From Chiloscyllium plagiosum (taxonomy: Eukaryota): a stretch of DNA of 64,000 nucleotides. Under the pieces are notes generated by a model that searched no databases, was not told the DNA's origin, and worked only from the letters and a program-made list of their open reading frames with translations. Position numbers and translations under genes: made by a program. Location of the stretch: assembly GCF_004010195.1 (NCBI RefSeq), contig NC_057756.1, forward strand, positions 8,158,676 through 8,222,675. The letters run 5' to 3'. Shown piece after piece: positions 12,790 through 25,780 of the stretch; the stretch's first letter is position 1; every line of letters begins with the position of its first letter.

Positions 12790-13582
12790 AGGGTCACTGG
12801 CTGAGCTATCAGTTATCGCCTTGCTGCTGGTGAGAACGTGATGGCGAGCTGCCTTCCTGAAATACTGTAGTCTATATGTTGTAAGTAATGCAGTTAGGGA
12901 GGCAGTTCCAGATAATTCCACGGAAGGAGCTGTTATATAATTCCAGATGGTGGAATGAAGTCAGGAAAGTGTGTGGCCTGGATGGGAAATTACACCTCAT
13001 CATATTCCAATATTCCAACATTTGAGGGGATGATGGTTGCGGTTTTGGAAGGTGCTGTCTATGGATTGCTGATGAAGTTCTGTAGGGCTTATTGTAGATG
13101 GTAGAGACTGCTACTGCTGCTGAGCATCATTGGTGAAGGGATTGGATGTTTGTGGATGTGATGCTCAGCAAACAAACTGCTTCGGCTTGGATGAGGTTAA
13201 GCTTCCTTAGTACTGTTGGAGTTTCATTCCTCCTGGCAGGGCTGGAATACTTGACCTTGTTCCTCATTCAGCCTTGTGTACAGACTCTGGGGAGTCAGGA
13301 GGTGAATTGCGTGCTGCATTATTCTGTGCCTTTGACCTGTCCGTGGAGCAATTGTATTCATATGGTGAGTTCAGTTCAGAGTTTGGACAATACTACCTGA
13401 TTAGGTTGCTGAACATGGTCACATCATTGAATGTCGAGGCTTGATTGGATCCTGTTGAAGATGGTCTTTGACTGACATTCACTTGGTGCTGAAGTTCCCT
13501 GTCACTTTTCAGCACAAGTCTGCATATTGTCCAGGTTATGCTGCATTTGAACATGGCTGCTTCAGTGCCTCTGGAGTTGTGA
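12790..13582 (-). mobile_element. Old decayed interspersed repeat, probably a LINE 3' end; related copies near 46390-46870, 49990-50156 plus 50790-50930, and 52400-52510
   Basis: Shared degenerate blocks such as GTGAGCTGCCTTCTTGAA, TTTGGAAGGTGCTGTC and GAGCTTCTTGAGTGTTGTTGGA; family not assigned with certainty. Confidence 0.5.
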
Positions 13583-14001
13583 ATGGTCATCGAGTCATAG
13601 AGCCCTACAGCATGGAGACAGGCCATTCGGCCCAAACTGGTCCACACTGACCAAAATGTCCATCCACGCTTACCCCTTTTCTCTGCATTTGGCCCAAATG
13701 CTTCTAATCCTTTCCTATCAATGTATTTGTCCAAATGCCTTTTAAATGTTGTTAATGTACTCAACTCAACCACTTTTGCTGGCAGCTCATTCCTTATGCA
13801 TACCACCCTCTGTGTAAAAAACTTGTCTCTGAGGTTTGCTTTAATCTTTCACCTCAAACCTTAAACTGATGTCCATTCCCTATACTTAAGAAAAAGACTG
13901 AATGCATTTACCCTATCCATGCCTCTCATGATCATATACATTTCCGTAACTTACACCCCTCAGTCTCCTTTGATCGAAAGAAAAGATTTCTTGCCTGTCC
14001 A
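13583..14001 (-). mobile_element. CR1 LINE 3' end; duplicated at 14958-15232 plus 16570-16700
   Basis: Minus frame encodes WNELP-like ELPAKVVE...TFKRHLDKY; tail ends ...GGGCTCTATGACTC. Confidence 0.8.
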
Positions 14002-15232
14002 AATAATATCCTTCCTAATCTGCCATACTAAAGTAAGCACAGAATTTGGAAGGGTTCTTAGTAAAATGTAAGCCTTTGGTCAATAATGTGGGTCAGCTGG
14101 TAAATAGCAGCGAGGTAGTAAAACTGTCAGAAGCAGTTTCAGAAGATCCCAAATACAAAAGATGGAAGTATCTGGTAGACATCATGAGATTATGAGATGA
14201 CCAATGGCTGTACATAGAGTTATCCATCACTGATTGTGTGTTTACCAAATTGAATGGATCGATTGGAGGGATGTGGCCAACTATGATATCAATATTGCAT
14301 ACAATTATTATTACGCGAAAAGTTTGAAAACATTGCATTTTGCCAGAGAACGTCTGATTGAACTTCTGATTTGAACTGTGATTAAGAGGGTGACTGGGCC
14401 TCAGATTTGAGGTGGTCCCTGAATGTGGTAATAGAGTTCTGAATGAAGATCGCTTGTGCTAAGTGACACAGGGCTTAAAACACCTCTTTGATATTTCCTC
14501 CTACAACAATTGTCTAGCAATGATACCATTCGGCCATCTCCTCCCAAGAAATGGCCCTAAAACGGAAGGGGCAATGAAGGACGATCACAATGTAGATATT
14601 GCAAATGATGGCCACATTGAAGTTTGAAAAGATAAGCAAGCCAGCTCAGATACTCACTGACATCTTCTCACACCAAATCTCTCAGACTCACCTATTTTCC
14701 ATTATCCCTCTGGTCTCTGCTCTCCAAACTCTCTCCCCCACCGGTAACTCTCCGCCAACCTAATAACCAATACTAAAGCGAAATCGTGAAAACACTTGCT
14801 CCAATTTCCCATCTGGCGTTTACTTCCCCGGATGCAGCTTCCGCTGAAACGGAAGAGAATCCTGTTCCAGCGTTCAGGATCCATGTGTGACAGTGACATT
14901 AAGGTGCACAGCTCTGAGTTAATAGAACCCAGAGTGAGTTTGAAGTTCCCCCACACCGAGTGGTCATCGAGTCATAGAGCCCTACAGCATGGAGACAGGC
15001 CATTTGGCCCAAACTGGTCGACACTGACCAAAATGTCCATCCACGCTTACCCCTTTTCTCTGCTTTTGGCCCAAATGCTTCTAATCCTTTCCAATTAATG
15101 TATTTGTCCAAATGCCTTTTAAATGCTGTTCATGTATCCAACTCAACCACTTCTGTTGGCATTCCATCCTCTGTCAAAAAAAGTTGCCTCTGAGGTTCAC
15201 TTTTATTCTTTCACCTCAAACTTTAAACTGAT

Positions 15233-16570
15233 TTAATGTTGCAGTTGTATAAGACTCTGGTGCGGCCACATCTGGAGTATTGTGTGCAGTTTTGGTCACC
15301 ATACTATAGGAAGGATGTGGAGGCACTGGAACAGGTGCAAAGGAGGTTTACCAGGATGTTGCCTGGTATGGTAGGAAGATTGTATGAGGAAAGGCTGAGG
15401 CATTTGGGGTTGTTTTCATTGGAGAAAAGAAGGTTTAGGGGTGACTTGATAGAGGTGTACAAGATGATTAGGGGTTTAGATAGGGTTGACCGTGAGAACC
15501 TTTTTCCACGTATGGAGTCAGCTATTACGAGGGGGCATAGCTTTAAATTAAGGGGTGGTAGGTATAGGACAGATGTTAGGGGTAGGTTCTTTACTCAGCG
15601 AGTCGTGAGTTCATGGAATGCCCTGCCAGTAGCAGTGGTGAACTTTATGGGCATTTAAGCGGGCATTGCATAGGCATATGGAGGATAGTGGGCTAGTGTA
15701 AGGGATAGGATTGTAAGGGATAGGATTTATGCACATCTGGATAGGAATAATGTGATCAAGGATAGTCAGCATGGTTTTGTGAAGGGCAAGTCGTGCCTCA
15801 CAAACCTTATTGAATCCTTTGAAAAGGTGACGAAGGAGGTTGATGAGGGGAAAGCAGTAGATGTGGTATANNNNNNNNNNNNNNNNNNNNNNNNNNNNNN
15901 NNNNNNNNNNNNNNNNNNNNNNNNNNNNNNNNNNNNNNNNNNNNNNNNNNNNNNNNNNNNNNNNNNNNNNNNNNNNNNNNNNNNNNNNNNNNNNNNNNNN
16001 NNNNNNNNNNNNNNNNNNNNNNNNNNNNNNNNNNNNNNNNNNNNNNNNNNNNNNNNNNNNNNNNNNNNNNNNNNNNNNNNNNNNNNNNNNNNNNNNNNNN
16101 NNNNNNNNNNNNNNNNNNNNNNNNNNNNNNNNNNNNNNNNNNNNNNNNNNNNNNNNNNNNNNNNNNNNNNNNNNNNNNNNNNNNNNNNNNNNNNNNNNNN
16201 NNNNNNNNNNNNNNNNNNNNNNNNNNNNNNNNNNNNNNNNNNNNNNNNNNNNNNNNNNNNNNNNNNNNNNNNNNNNNNCTTTTTCCACGTATGGAGTCAG
16301 TTATTACAAGGGGGCATAGCTTTAAATTAAGGGGGGGGGGGTAGGTATAGGACAGATGGTACGGGTATGTTCTTTACTCAGCGAGTCGTGAGTTCATGGA
16401 CTGCCCTGCCAGTAGCAGTGGTGGACTCTCCCTCATTATGGGCATTTAAGCGGGCATTGGATAGGCATATGGAGGATAGTGGGCTAGTGTAGGTTAGGTG
16501 GGCTTGGATTGGCGCAACATCGAGGGCCGAAGGGCCTGTACTGCGCTGTATTCTTCTTCTATGTTCTATG
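15233..16570 (+). mobile_element. Young CR1 LINE RT C-terminus and 3' tail; spans a gap and is partly duplicated across it
   Basis: [56 protein letters not shown] tail repeats at 16556-16571. Splits the minus-strand CR1 tail. Confidence 0.88.
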
Positions 16571-17335
16571 ATGTCCATTCCCTATACTTGAGAAAAAGAC
16601 TAAGTGCATTCACCCTATCCATGCCTCTCATGATCATATACACTTCCATAAGTTATGCCCCTCGGTCTCCTATGATTGAAAGAAAAGATTTTTAGCTTGT
16701 CCAACCTCTCCCTATAACTCAGATTGTTAAGTCCTGGCAAGATCCTTGTAAATTTCTTATTATCCTTTGCAATTAAATAACATCCTTCATAAAACAAGGT
16801 GACCAAACCTGAACACAATATTCTAAGTACAGCCTCACCTACATCCTATACAACTGCACAATATCTTCCCAACTGCCTGACTAATGAGGCCAGTGTGCCA
16901 AAAGCCTTCCTCATTGCCCTGTCTACCTGTGACTCCACCTTCAGGAAACCATGCACCTGAACTGCAAGGTCCCTCTGTTCCACAACCCTCCTTCAAGCCC
17001 CACCATTCACCATGCAATTCCTATCTTGATTTGAGTTTCCAAATTGCAAGACCTTACAATTCTTTGTATTAAACTCATTTCCCATTTCTCAGCACACTTC
17101 CTCAGCTGGCCAAGGTCATGCTGCAATTTCTGATAGCCTTCTCACTGTCCACGATACCGCTTATTTCAGTGTCATCTGCAAACTTACGAATCATGCCTTG
17201 TACATTCTCATCCAAATCATTGATATAGATAACAAACAGCAGTCACAGGCCTACAATCCAACAAACATCCTTCCACTACTACACTCTGCTTCCTCCCATC
17301 AAGACGATTGTGTATCCAATTTGCCAGCTCTGTCA
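16571..17335 (-). mobile_element. Decayed CR1 LINE RT fragment
   Basis: Minus strand contains the KFADD region (gtcatctgcaaac at 17171) and FTRILPGLNNLSYRERLDKL. Confidence 0.8.
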
Positions 17336-17817
17336 ATTGTGAATGGTATTGAACATTGTGCGGTCATCAAACCTTATCCTTATGATTCAGGGAAGGTCAT
17401 TGATGAAGGAGTTGAAAATAGATAGCCATAGGATATTAGCCTGAGGAATTCCTGCAGAGATGTTCTGGAGCTGAGATGACAAACTTAAAGTAATCATAAT
17501 CAGTTTCCAATGTGCCAGCTATCAATCCAAACAGCGAAGATTCTCATTCACTCCAGTTTTGCTGGGAATCCTTGATTCCACATCTTGTCAAATACAGCCT
17601 TCCTCTGAAGGAAAGTCACCCTCACCCCTTTATTACCTGCTCTCACAATCTGAATGTTCTGCTTTTGGAAGGCAATTTACACAACACTATTAATTCAGTT
17701 CCAACAACAGCAGAAAAATCTGGAATATAGAACTTGTATCTGTGATGAACTCTAATTTTCAGAAGAAAATGCAAAGCCATACTGCGAAATGTTTACTTTT
17801 GTTCATTTGTATATGCT

Positions 17818-18981
17818 GGAAATGTGTTGCTGGAAAAGCGCAGCAGGTCAGGCAGCATCCAGGGAACAGGAGAATCGATGTTTCGGGCATAAGCCCTTCT
17901 TCAGGAATGGGGAAAGTGTGTCCAGCAGGCTAAGATAAAAGGTAGGGAGGAGGGACTAGGGGGAGGGGCGTCGGACATGTGATAGNNNNNNNNNNNNNNN
18001 NNNNNNNNNNNNNNNNNNNNNNNNNNNNNNNNNNNNNNNNNNNNNNNNNNNNNNNNNNNNNNNNNNNNNNNNNNNNNNNNNNNNNNNNNNNNNNNNNNNN
18101 NNNNNNNNNNNNNNNNNNNNNNNNNNNNNNNNNNNNNNNNNNNNNNNNNNNNNNNNNNNNNNNNNNNNNNNNNNNNNNNNNNNNNNNNNNNNNNNNNNNN
18201 NNNNNNNNNNNNNNNNNNNNNNNNNNNNNNNNNNNNNNNNNNNNNNNNNNNNNNNNNNNNNNNNNNNNNNNNNNNNNNNNNNNNNNNNNNNNNNNNNNNN
18301 NNNNNNNNNNNNNNNNNNNNNNNNNNNNNNNNNNNNNNNNNNNNNNNNNNNNNNNNNNNNNNNNNNNNNNNNNNNNNNNNNNNNNNNNNNNNNNNNNNNN
18401 NNNNNNNNNNNNNNNNNNNNNNNNNNNNNNNNNNNNNNNNNNNNNNNNNNNNNNNNNNNNNNNNNNNNNNNNNNNNNNNNNNNNNNNNNNNNNNNNNNNN
18501 NNNNNNNNNNNNNNNNNNNNNNNNNNNNNNNNNNNNNNNNNNNNNNNNNNNNNNNNNNNNNNNNNNNNNNNNNNNNNNNNNNNNNNNNNNNNNNNNNNNN
18601 NNNNNNNNNNNNNNNNNNNNNNNNNNNNNNNNNNNNNNNNNNNNNNNNNNNNNNNNNNNNNNNNNNNNNNNNNNNNNNNNNNNNNNNNNNNNNNNNNNNN
18701 NNNNNNNNNNNNNNNNNNNNNNNNNNNNNNNNNNNNNNNNNNNNNNNNNNNNNNNNNNNNNNNNNNNNNNNNNNNNNNNNNNNNNNNNNNNNNNNNNNNN
18801 NNNNNNNNNGTCGGTTTGTAGGAGATGTCCGTGTTGATTCGGTCGCGTGAGATAGAAATAGAAAGGTCGAGGAAGGGGAGGGAGGAATCTGAGACTGTCC
18901 AGGTGAATTTGAGGTTGGGGTGGAAGGTGTTGGTGAAGTGGATGAACTGTTCAACCTCCTCGTGGGAGCACGAGGTGGCAT
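17818..18981 (-). mobile_element. Penelope-like element, family 1: RT C-terminus, gap, then 3' terminal repeat with hammerhead at about 17873-17908
   Basis: 18810-18981 minus frame reads EEVEQFIHFTNTFHPNLKFTWTVSDSSLPFLDLSISISRDRINTDISYKPT, a typical PLE RT end. Left part reads attc-CTGAAGA-agggcttatgccc-GAAA-ca-TC. Linkage across the gap is assumed. Confidence 0.8.
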
Positions 18982-21299
18982 TTGTATATGATTATGCTCC
19001 TATGAGACGGATCACAGAGATGACAATGCTGTGGGGTGACTGCAGGGCAGCTGGTAGGGTAGAGGAGTACAGGAATATGACTCCTTTAATCTCTGAAGTA
19101 CAATACTGCAAAAAAAAGGGTAAGAATGGATTTTTGAATCATTATGTTCTAACAGTTCTTTCAGAAAAACAGAGCAATATGTCGAACATGGCAGTGAAAC
19201 TAAGAGCTGTTTCCATGCTGCACATTTGTCCAAATCACAGAAAGGTGAGAGCAAGGAAAAATGTTAGAACACTTGGCCTCTCATCCATACTGCAGTTCCT
19301 TCAAAGGGCTTTGATAGGTACTCCTATCAATGTAAATTTGATCCCCTTTCAGTACTTATCCATACGTACTTAAGTGATGTCCTAATGCTATATCTCACAA
19401 CAAATGGGTCAGATTTTAGAAAAATGATGGTGGCATCGCTATGTATGAACGTTGCCAAACACTGAGGTACCCTAAGTTTATCTCTGTATGTCTGTGCAGA
19501 ACTGAAGCTGTAATGACGTTTACGCCTTAACGGTTGAAATGTGGTCAACCAGAAGGAAGTTTGAATGTTGCAATTGTGTGCAGAGGTGTTCAAGTCTTAT
19601 TTCTCTGCAGTAGCTGCCCGAGACTATGTACTAATATTTGAGTAGTAGGTAATATTGGACTTGTCCTTTAATATTTTAGAAATAATTTGAAGAATGTGAA
19701 TGGTTCAAATAAATGAAAACCCACAGATATATCACCTTGTCCTGCAGGATTTTTTCATGTGAAAGAGAAAGTGTGATTGCATTTTCAGCACTGTTAAGTT
19801 TCATTGCAAGCAATTATATGTGGACAGTCGTGGCTTTAAGATCAAGGATAATGCCAGTCAATTATGAAGCAGAAGAGTTCATTTGCTTGCATCCTCTCTG
19901 CATGAACAGCAATGGAAGCAAAACAAATTATTTGAGTTGAATCTTGTTTTTGAAATGGTGCCAACATTTTAATGGGAGTTAGCAATGAATGGACGCATGA
20001 TGAAATTGAAAATGGAAGATATAGGAATTCCAGAAAGAGACCTGTTTGAGGAGAATGATAGAAGCAGAAGAGTCTCCACACTGTAAGATACAATGACACT
20101 GGCTGATATAAAGTTACAACACTGAATAAAGGTGCTGACTGATGTCATTTAGGCAATGAAATGTGGGGTCATTAATCTGGCAAGCCATTGAGTTCAAGGG
20201 TGGATTATGGATGTAAAAGGCCCACTCAGACACGATCTTAAAGCTATCCCACGTACCACAGACACATCATCTGCACCAATCACCAAGACTAAGCTTCTCT
20301 GTTCCCTTTAATTCATAAGTCGTGGTCTGAACAAAATTTGCTGATGTTCTGATGGATTTAGTGTGATCTTGTAAAATTTGCATTTTCCTCTCTGACGACA
20401 TAGCTATGCAAGTCCATTGTTGTGAAAAGAAGTTGCAACTGCTCAAATACAACCAGTGAAATTCCGGACTGTTTCTAAATAGTTAACTTGGAAAGCCGAG
20501 TTTTAAATAGTCTGCCAGATAAAGGGAACCTAAAATTTGTAAAGGAAGTTCTTTCACACTTGCTTTAATCTTGTGGGTTTGGGCAGTTGAAAGAGGAAGG
20601 AGGGAATGAGGAACTACATGTGTCCAAAAGTGACCAAGCAAGAGAACAAATGCAAACATTTGAACCAATCCATGGTAAGAAGCACATGCAATTTTCTTTC
20701 TCAAGACTTTTTTTCATGCCATGCACCTATAACCGCGTGAGCTATAGTTCTGAATACTTGCAGAGTGATTTAGGGTTGGCAAGATTCAAGGGATAATAGG
20801 AAAGGACGGGGAAAGAGGCTCAAGAGGGGAAAGAAATGGACAGACTCATTGAGTGGGCGTGCCTCTCTATTTGACGCTCATTACTGATTTTCTTTGAAGT
20901 AAGAACTTCCGATTGGAGACCATTTGGCAATTACAAAATGAATCTTGTTGTTCCAGACCTTGAGTTACACAACCCATTGCCACACTGAAACTTCACAAGG
21001 TTATTAATCTTCCTAAGTAAATACACAACAAGCATATATCTGGTTTCTTTGACTACAGTATTAAACCCTTCAGCACTTGTGTAATGTTTCTGAAAGAGCA
21101 GTTTCTTGGCGAATGCTGGAAAGAGGGACTAATGCAGATTTAGTGTAGTCCTGTGCAGGCTCAATGGGCCAAAGGGTCTTTTCTGTGCTGTATTGTACAG
21201 CCTAAAGAAAACGGCAATGTCGCAGCAGAGTGACGTGCATCAGACATGAAACGGACATCAAAATAACTAATAGAAAGTGAGGATTATAAATGTCAGCGA

Positions 21300-21550
21300 T
21301 CAGAGTCGAAAAGTATGGCGCTGGAAAAGCACAGTCAGTCAGGTAACATCAAAGCAGCAGAAGAGTCCACGTTTCGGACATAAGCCCTTCATCAGGAATG
21401 TGGTCAGGTCCAAATTCAGATGTTCTGAATGTAGTCTGGAGTCTGTGCAGGATAAGTCGGTTGAAAGGCTTCTGCCCGATATGTCCACTGCCCTGCTCCT
21501 CGGATGCTGCCTTGACTTGCTGTGCTTTCCCAGCACCACACCTTTTGATC
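21300..21550. mobile_element. Inverted pair of Penelope family-1 terminal fragments
   Basis: 21300-21402 (minus sense, CTGATGA...GAAACGTG) and about 21462-21550 (plus sense, degraded) are reverse complements of each other around a ~60-bp spacer. Confidence 0.75.
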
Positions 21551-22693
21551 AAAATAACTAAGTACACAATGGCAGAAATGAGCAAAGAGGAAGAGGTGGA
21601 AAGATGAAAAGGTTTTGAGATCTGATTGTGGAACAAGACTAGTACTATCATCAAGAATATTGTAAATAGGTACCAGGAATGTTGACAGACAGTGACAATC
21701 ACAGCCCACAAACAGATGCATGACAAAACTAAATATAATTTAATTTCCACAGTGTTCCCTGAGGTAAGTGATTTTGAACTACATTTAATATTGACTGAAC
21801 TGTATAAATAGTGTGCTATTTCGGCTGGAATATACGGGGATATGGTTGTGGATTGGGTGGGAGATGCACGTGTAGTGCTTGCAAAAAAAGTGCTGGATTA
21901 GTACGGCAGTGGCTATTTTCACGGGGAGGATGGGGTTTCAGCTCAAGTTCCATCACAAACCAAATACAAATTACATCTTCACCTATTCGTACACCTTACT
22001 CAAAAATAATCAAGAAGGTTATGGAATTCTGTTTGAATGTTACTAGTTGTGCTCATCCAGCATGGTGTCATCCGGCAAATTCTGATATTACATCGGCAAA
22101 GTCACCACTGATCTCTTGTTATAAACAGCGGACAGATGATGAATTTTTACTTCAGGTGTGTCAGGCCTGAAGTAAGATGGGAGGTTAAGATGGTGGATCT
22201 TCATGGTAACCTCAATGGATACAAGTATTGAACCTGCAAGCTGGGAGCACTCACTATCACAAATCAGCTATGCAGCCAACTGAGCTGCAGCTAACAGGAA
22301 AACTGTAGGAAAATAATGGTCAAAGTTCAGTCGCCCTCAACAAGAATCGCAGGTTTCCCCAACAGTATTAAATGTACAGAGGAGAGGAATTGCTTTGGAA
22401 TTTTTCAAAAATGCTTACTTTGTGAACTTGAATGTTACTTCGGTTACAATATGACTGTTTGAATATTGCATCATGACTAATGATGGATTTTCTTGTTCCT
22501 TTTCCTCTGCTTTTCAGCAGTAGAGGAATTCAAATACAGGAAAAAGATGAAAGCAATGTGCTCAGTAATTGTGAACACTGACGCCAGGGAAGATGTTGCA
22601 TAATGGAGACCCTGAGGGGTTTTCTTCTCTATGGATAGACTCCACCACCCTGTCAGTTTGAAAATGCTGAGACATTATCACTTCTGACAGAAT

Positions 22694-22763
22694 ATGCATG
22701 AATCATTATCTGGTCTGGTGTATGCAATTTACAATCCATTTCTTGCCATTCTGGGTATCCCAG
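22694..22763 (+). pseudogene. Exon 1 of a GPR139/GPR142-like GPCR pseudogene (N-terminus and start of TM1)
   Basis: MHESLSGLVYAIYNPFLAILGIP plus 1 nt, CAG|GTAATT donor; phase 1 joins the acceptor at 25219 to give ...GIPVN. Confidence 0.75.
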
Positions 22764-23424
22764 GTAATTTGTAATCTTGAGAATTGTGTGGTATTATCTC
22801 ATTATACTTGCTTCGTATCTGCTGAGTTTAATTAAAATGTGGCCATTCTCTACTGCAATGATTTAATTCGTATACTTTTTCAACGGTCCTCTAAAAAGTA
22901 AATTTCAGTCCCAAATAAATAATGATTCGGGTGAGTAGTGTTTCATTGTATTTTTGAATATTGGTGTGTCCTGCATGCTGATATTGATCCAGCGTCCTCT
23001 TGTAGGGAGGTGAGGCAGAATGCATTCTCACCATTATTCCAAGTTTGGCGAGTGGCTGTGCTTTATCAAAGGGTGTTGTCATGTTTTCCATTCTAATGCT
23101 TGACTTCTGTCCATTATAAAACAAACATTTAAATTAAACCAAAACAATATTGTAACTAGCACACAGTTTTTCAGTAGTACATAGTGGTACATTAGCTTTA
23201 TACGCCAATCAAAGCTTTTCACTGTGCCTCGGTACATGTGACAATAAATATATACAATTCAACCATGTTTATCATTTATATTATTTTAAAATGACACTAT
23301 GCAATCCTTTGATGGACTGCAGCTAGGATATTTACGCACCTTCTCCCTGTTTCGATTATGTGCTTTGCCTCACTTGTCTGGTTTCTTTCTCTGTCTCTTA
23401 CTACTGCCTGACGCTTTTGAACAA

Positions 23425-23645
23425 GAGAGTTTGCACGTTCTCCCTGTGTCTGTGCGGGTTTGCTCCGGTTTCCTCCCACAGTCCAAATATGTGCAAGTTA
23501 GGTGAATTGGCCATGCTAAATTTCCCGAAATGTTAGGTGCATTAGTCAGGGGCAAATGTAGGGGAGTGGGTTGCTCTCTGGAGGGTCGGTGTGGACTTGT
23601 TGGGCCGAAGAGACTGTTTCCACACTGTCGGGAATCGAATCTAAT
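23425..23645 (+). mobile_element. HE1-type V-SINE, 5' truncated
   Basis: V-domain GAGTTTGCACGTTCTCCCTGTGTCTG...TCCGGTTTCCTCCCACAGTCCAAA...GTTAGGTGAATTGGCCATGCTAAAT followed by a CR1-like tail. Confidence 0.8.
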
Positions 23646-23807
23646 GTCCAATAACACAGAGGAAGCAGAACTTTTCAAAACGGGGTACAATTACTCAGTC
23701 ACTGTTACTCAACTAAGGAAATGTATACAATTATATTGAAACCAACATTGTAAATCTTATTATAATAGTGACAAAGTCACTGCTTACAAAGCAAAAACAG
23801 GCAAGCC

Positions 23808-24116
23808 AAAGATTGGAAGGATGTTGTGAAACTTAAAAGAGTTCAGAAAAGATTTACAACGATATTGCTGGGGTTGGAGGGTTTGAGCTATAGGGAGAGG
23901 CTGAATAGGCTAGGGCTGTTTTCCCTGGAGCATTGGAGGCTGAGGGGTAACCTTACAGAGGTTTATAAAATCATGAGGGGTATGAATAGGATAAATAGAC
24001 AAGGTCTTTTCCCTGGAGTGTGGGGAGTTCAGAACTAGAGGGCAGAGATTTAGGGTGAGAGGGGAAAGATTTAAATGGGACCTAAGGGGCAATGTTTTCA
24101 CACAGAGGGTGGCGCG
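23808..24116 (+). mobile_element. CR1 LINE 3' RT fragment running into a gap
   Basis: RVQKRFTTILLGLEGLSYRERLNRLGLFSLE and FTQRV. Confidence 0.85.
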
Positions 24117-24644
24117 NNNNNNNNNNNNNNNNNNNNNNNNNNNNNNNNNNNNNNNNNNNNNNNNNNNNNNNNNNNNNNNNNNNNNNNNNNNNNNNNNNNN
24201 NNNNNNNNNNNNNNNNNNNNNNNNNNNNNNNNNNNNNNNNNNNNNNNNNNNNNNNNNNNNNNNNNNNNNNNNNNNNNNNNNNNNNNNNNNNNNNNNNNNN
24301 NNNNNNNNNNNNNNNNNNNNNNNNNNNNNNNNNNNNNNNNNNNNNNNNNNNNNNNNNNNNNNNNNNNNNNNNNNNNNNNNNNNNNNNNNNNNNNNNNNNN
24401 NNNNNNNNNNNNNNNNNNNNNNNNNNNNNNNNNNNNNNNNNNNNNNNNNNNNNNNNNNNNNNNNNNNNNNNNNNNNNNNNNNNNNNNNNNNNNNNNNNNN
24501 NNNNNNNNNNNNNNNNNNNNNNNNNNNNNNNNNNNNNNNNNNNNNNNNNNNNNNNNNNNNNNNNNNNNNNNNNNNNNNNNNNNNNNNNNNNNNNNNNNNN
24601 NNNNNNNNNNNNNNNNNNNNNNNNNNNNNNNNNNNNNNNNNNNN

Positions 24645-24752
24645 AAACTGGTGAAATCGGAGTTCATCCCTTGTGGTTGGAGGGTTCCTAGGCGGAAGAT
24701 GAGGCGCTCCTTCCTCCAACCGTCATTTTGTTGTGGTCTGGCGATGGAGGAG
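24645..24752 (-). mobile_element. Penelope-like element, C-terminal end of the GIY-YIG endonuclease
   Basis: Minus frame reads WRKERLIFRLGTLQPQGMNSDFTS (E..LIFRLGTL.P.G.N pattern). Confidence 0.7.
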
Positions 24753-25219
24753 TTAGCCCTCTGCCAATTGTCATCTACAAAAATGGGAATGGGCAGGTGG
24801 TGGTGCAATGATGATGTCCCTAGATTGATTAAGCAAATGCCAAATGACATTTTGGAAACATGAGTTCACCTCACTGCACGCACTCACAAATTTTTGGCTC
24901 ATGAGCATCATTTTTGGAAAGAAATATCCTTTCTGACCTTGTCTGGTTTACAAATGACACCAGACAAACATCAAGATCTGCCTCCTGAGGAATGAATGAT
25001 TAGAAAAAAAAACAACAGCCCAGTGAGTTGATGCTACTGATCATAAAAATCATACTTTCATTGTTATTCATTGTTCTTAGGTGACATTTGTGGGCATTTG
25101 TCATCATAAAAACAAAATGATTCACTTCAACATTTCTAGTGGTATCTCTGAGTGAATCTGTGCTAACTGTTGTTTTGTCATGGCGTCTAAGTGTCTTACC
25201 TATTCACGTTTCTGAACAG

Positions 25220-25780
25220 TTAACAGGTAGCGATTGCAATCTTTGCCCGGTGCAAGTATGATCTTTCAAAATGTGTCACCTATTACTTGATGGCGATGAC
25301 AGCAGCAGACCTGTCAATTATTTCACCAGTGTTATACTCAATTGAATTATTGGCATTTTCTTTTCCAGAAACTATCCATCGTTGACTCCAGTATGTCGAA
25401 CAAAAACTGTCCTGGTTTATATAACAACAGACTGCTCTGTATGGTTTACTGTTGCATTTACTTTTGATCACTTTACAGCCATCTGTTGTCACAAGTTGAA
25501 GAGCAAATATTGTGCACAGGCAATGGCAGCTGTGGTAGTAGGGATTCTGTGCGCTTATAGTTGTTTGAAGAACATTCCCTGATACTTTCTGTTGGAATCT
25601 TTGTACTTAATTAACAACTGGCCTTGGTATTGCTGAATAAGACCAAAATTTCATATTTTAACCGTATGCCTAACATTTTCTTATTTTGGCCAGATTAAGA
25701 CTCCTTTTCTGCCATTTCTGGTTATTGTGGTGCTTAATGATCTCACCATGAGAAAAATAATCATTGTGAGCAAAGCTCGT
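25220..25780 (+). pseudogene. Exon 2 of the GPR139/GPR142-like class A GPCR pseudogene (TM1-TM5), truncated by CR1
   Basis: VAIAIFARCKYDLSKCVTYYLMAMTAADL, TPVC, DCSVWFTVAFTFDHFTAICC (DRY position), KYC, KNIP*YF, TPFLPFLVIVVLNDLTMRKI; at least three TGA stops and several frameshifts. Confidence 0.85.

Noticed and set aside
21365..21399. Active ribozyme call for this copy and for 63895-63930
   Set aside because: The cleavage triplet has mutated (GUG, or lost), so these count only as relics.
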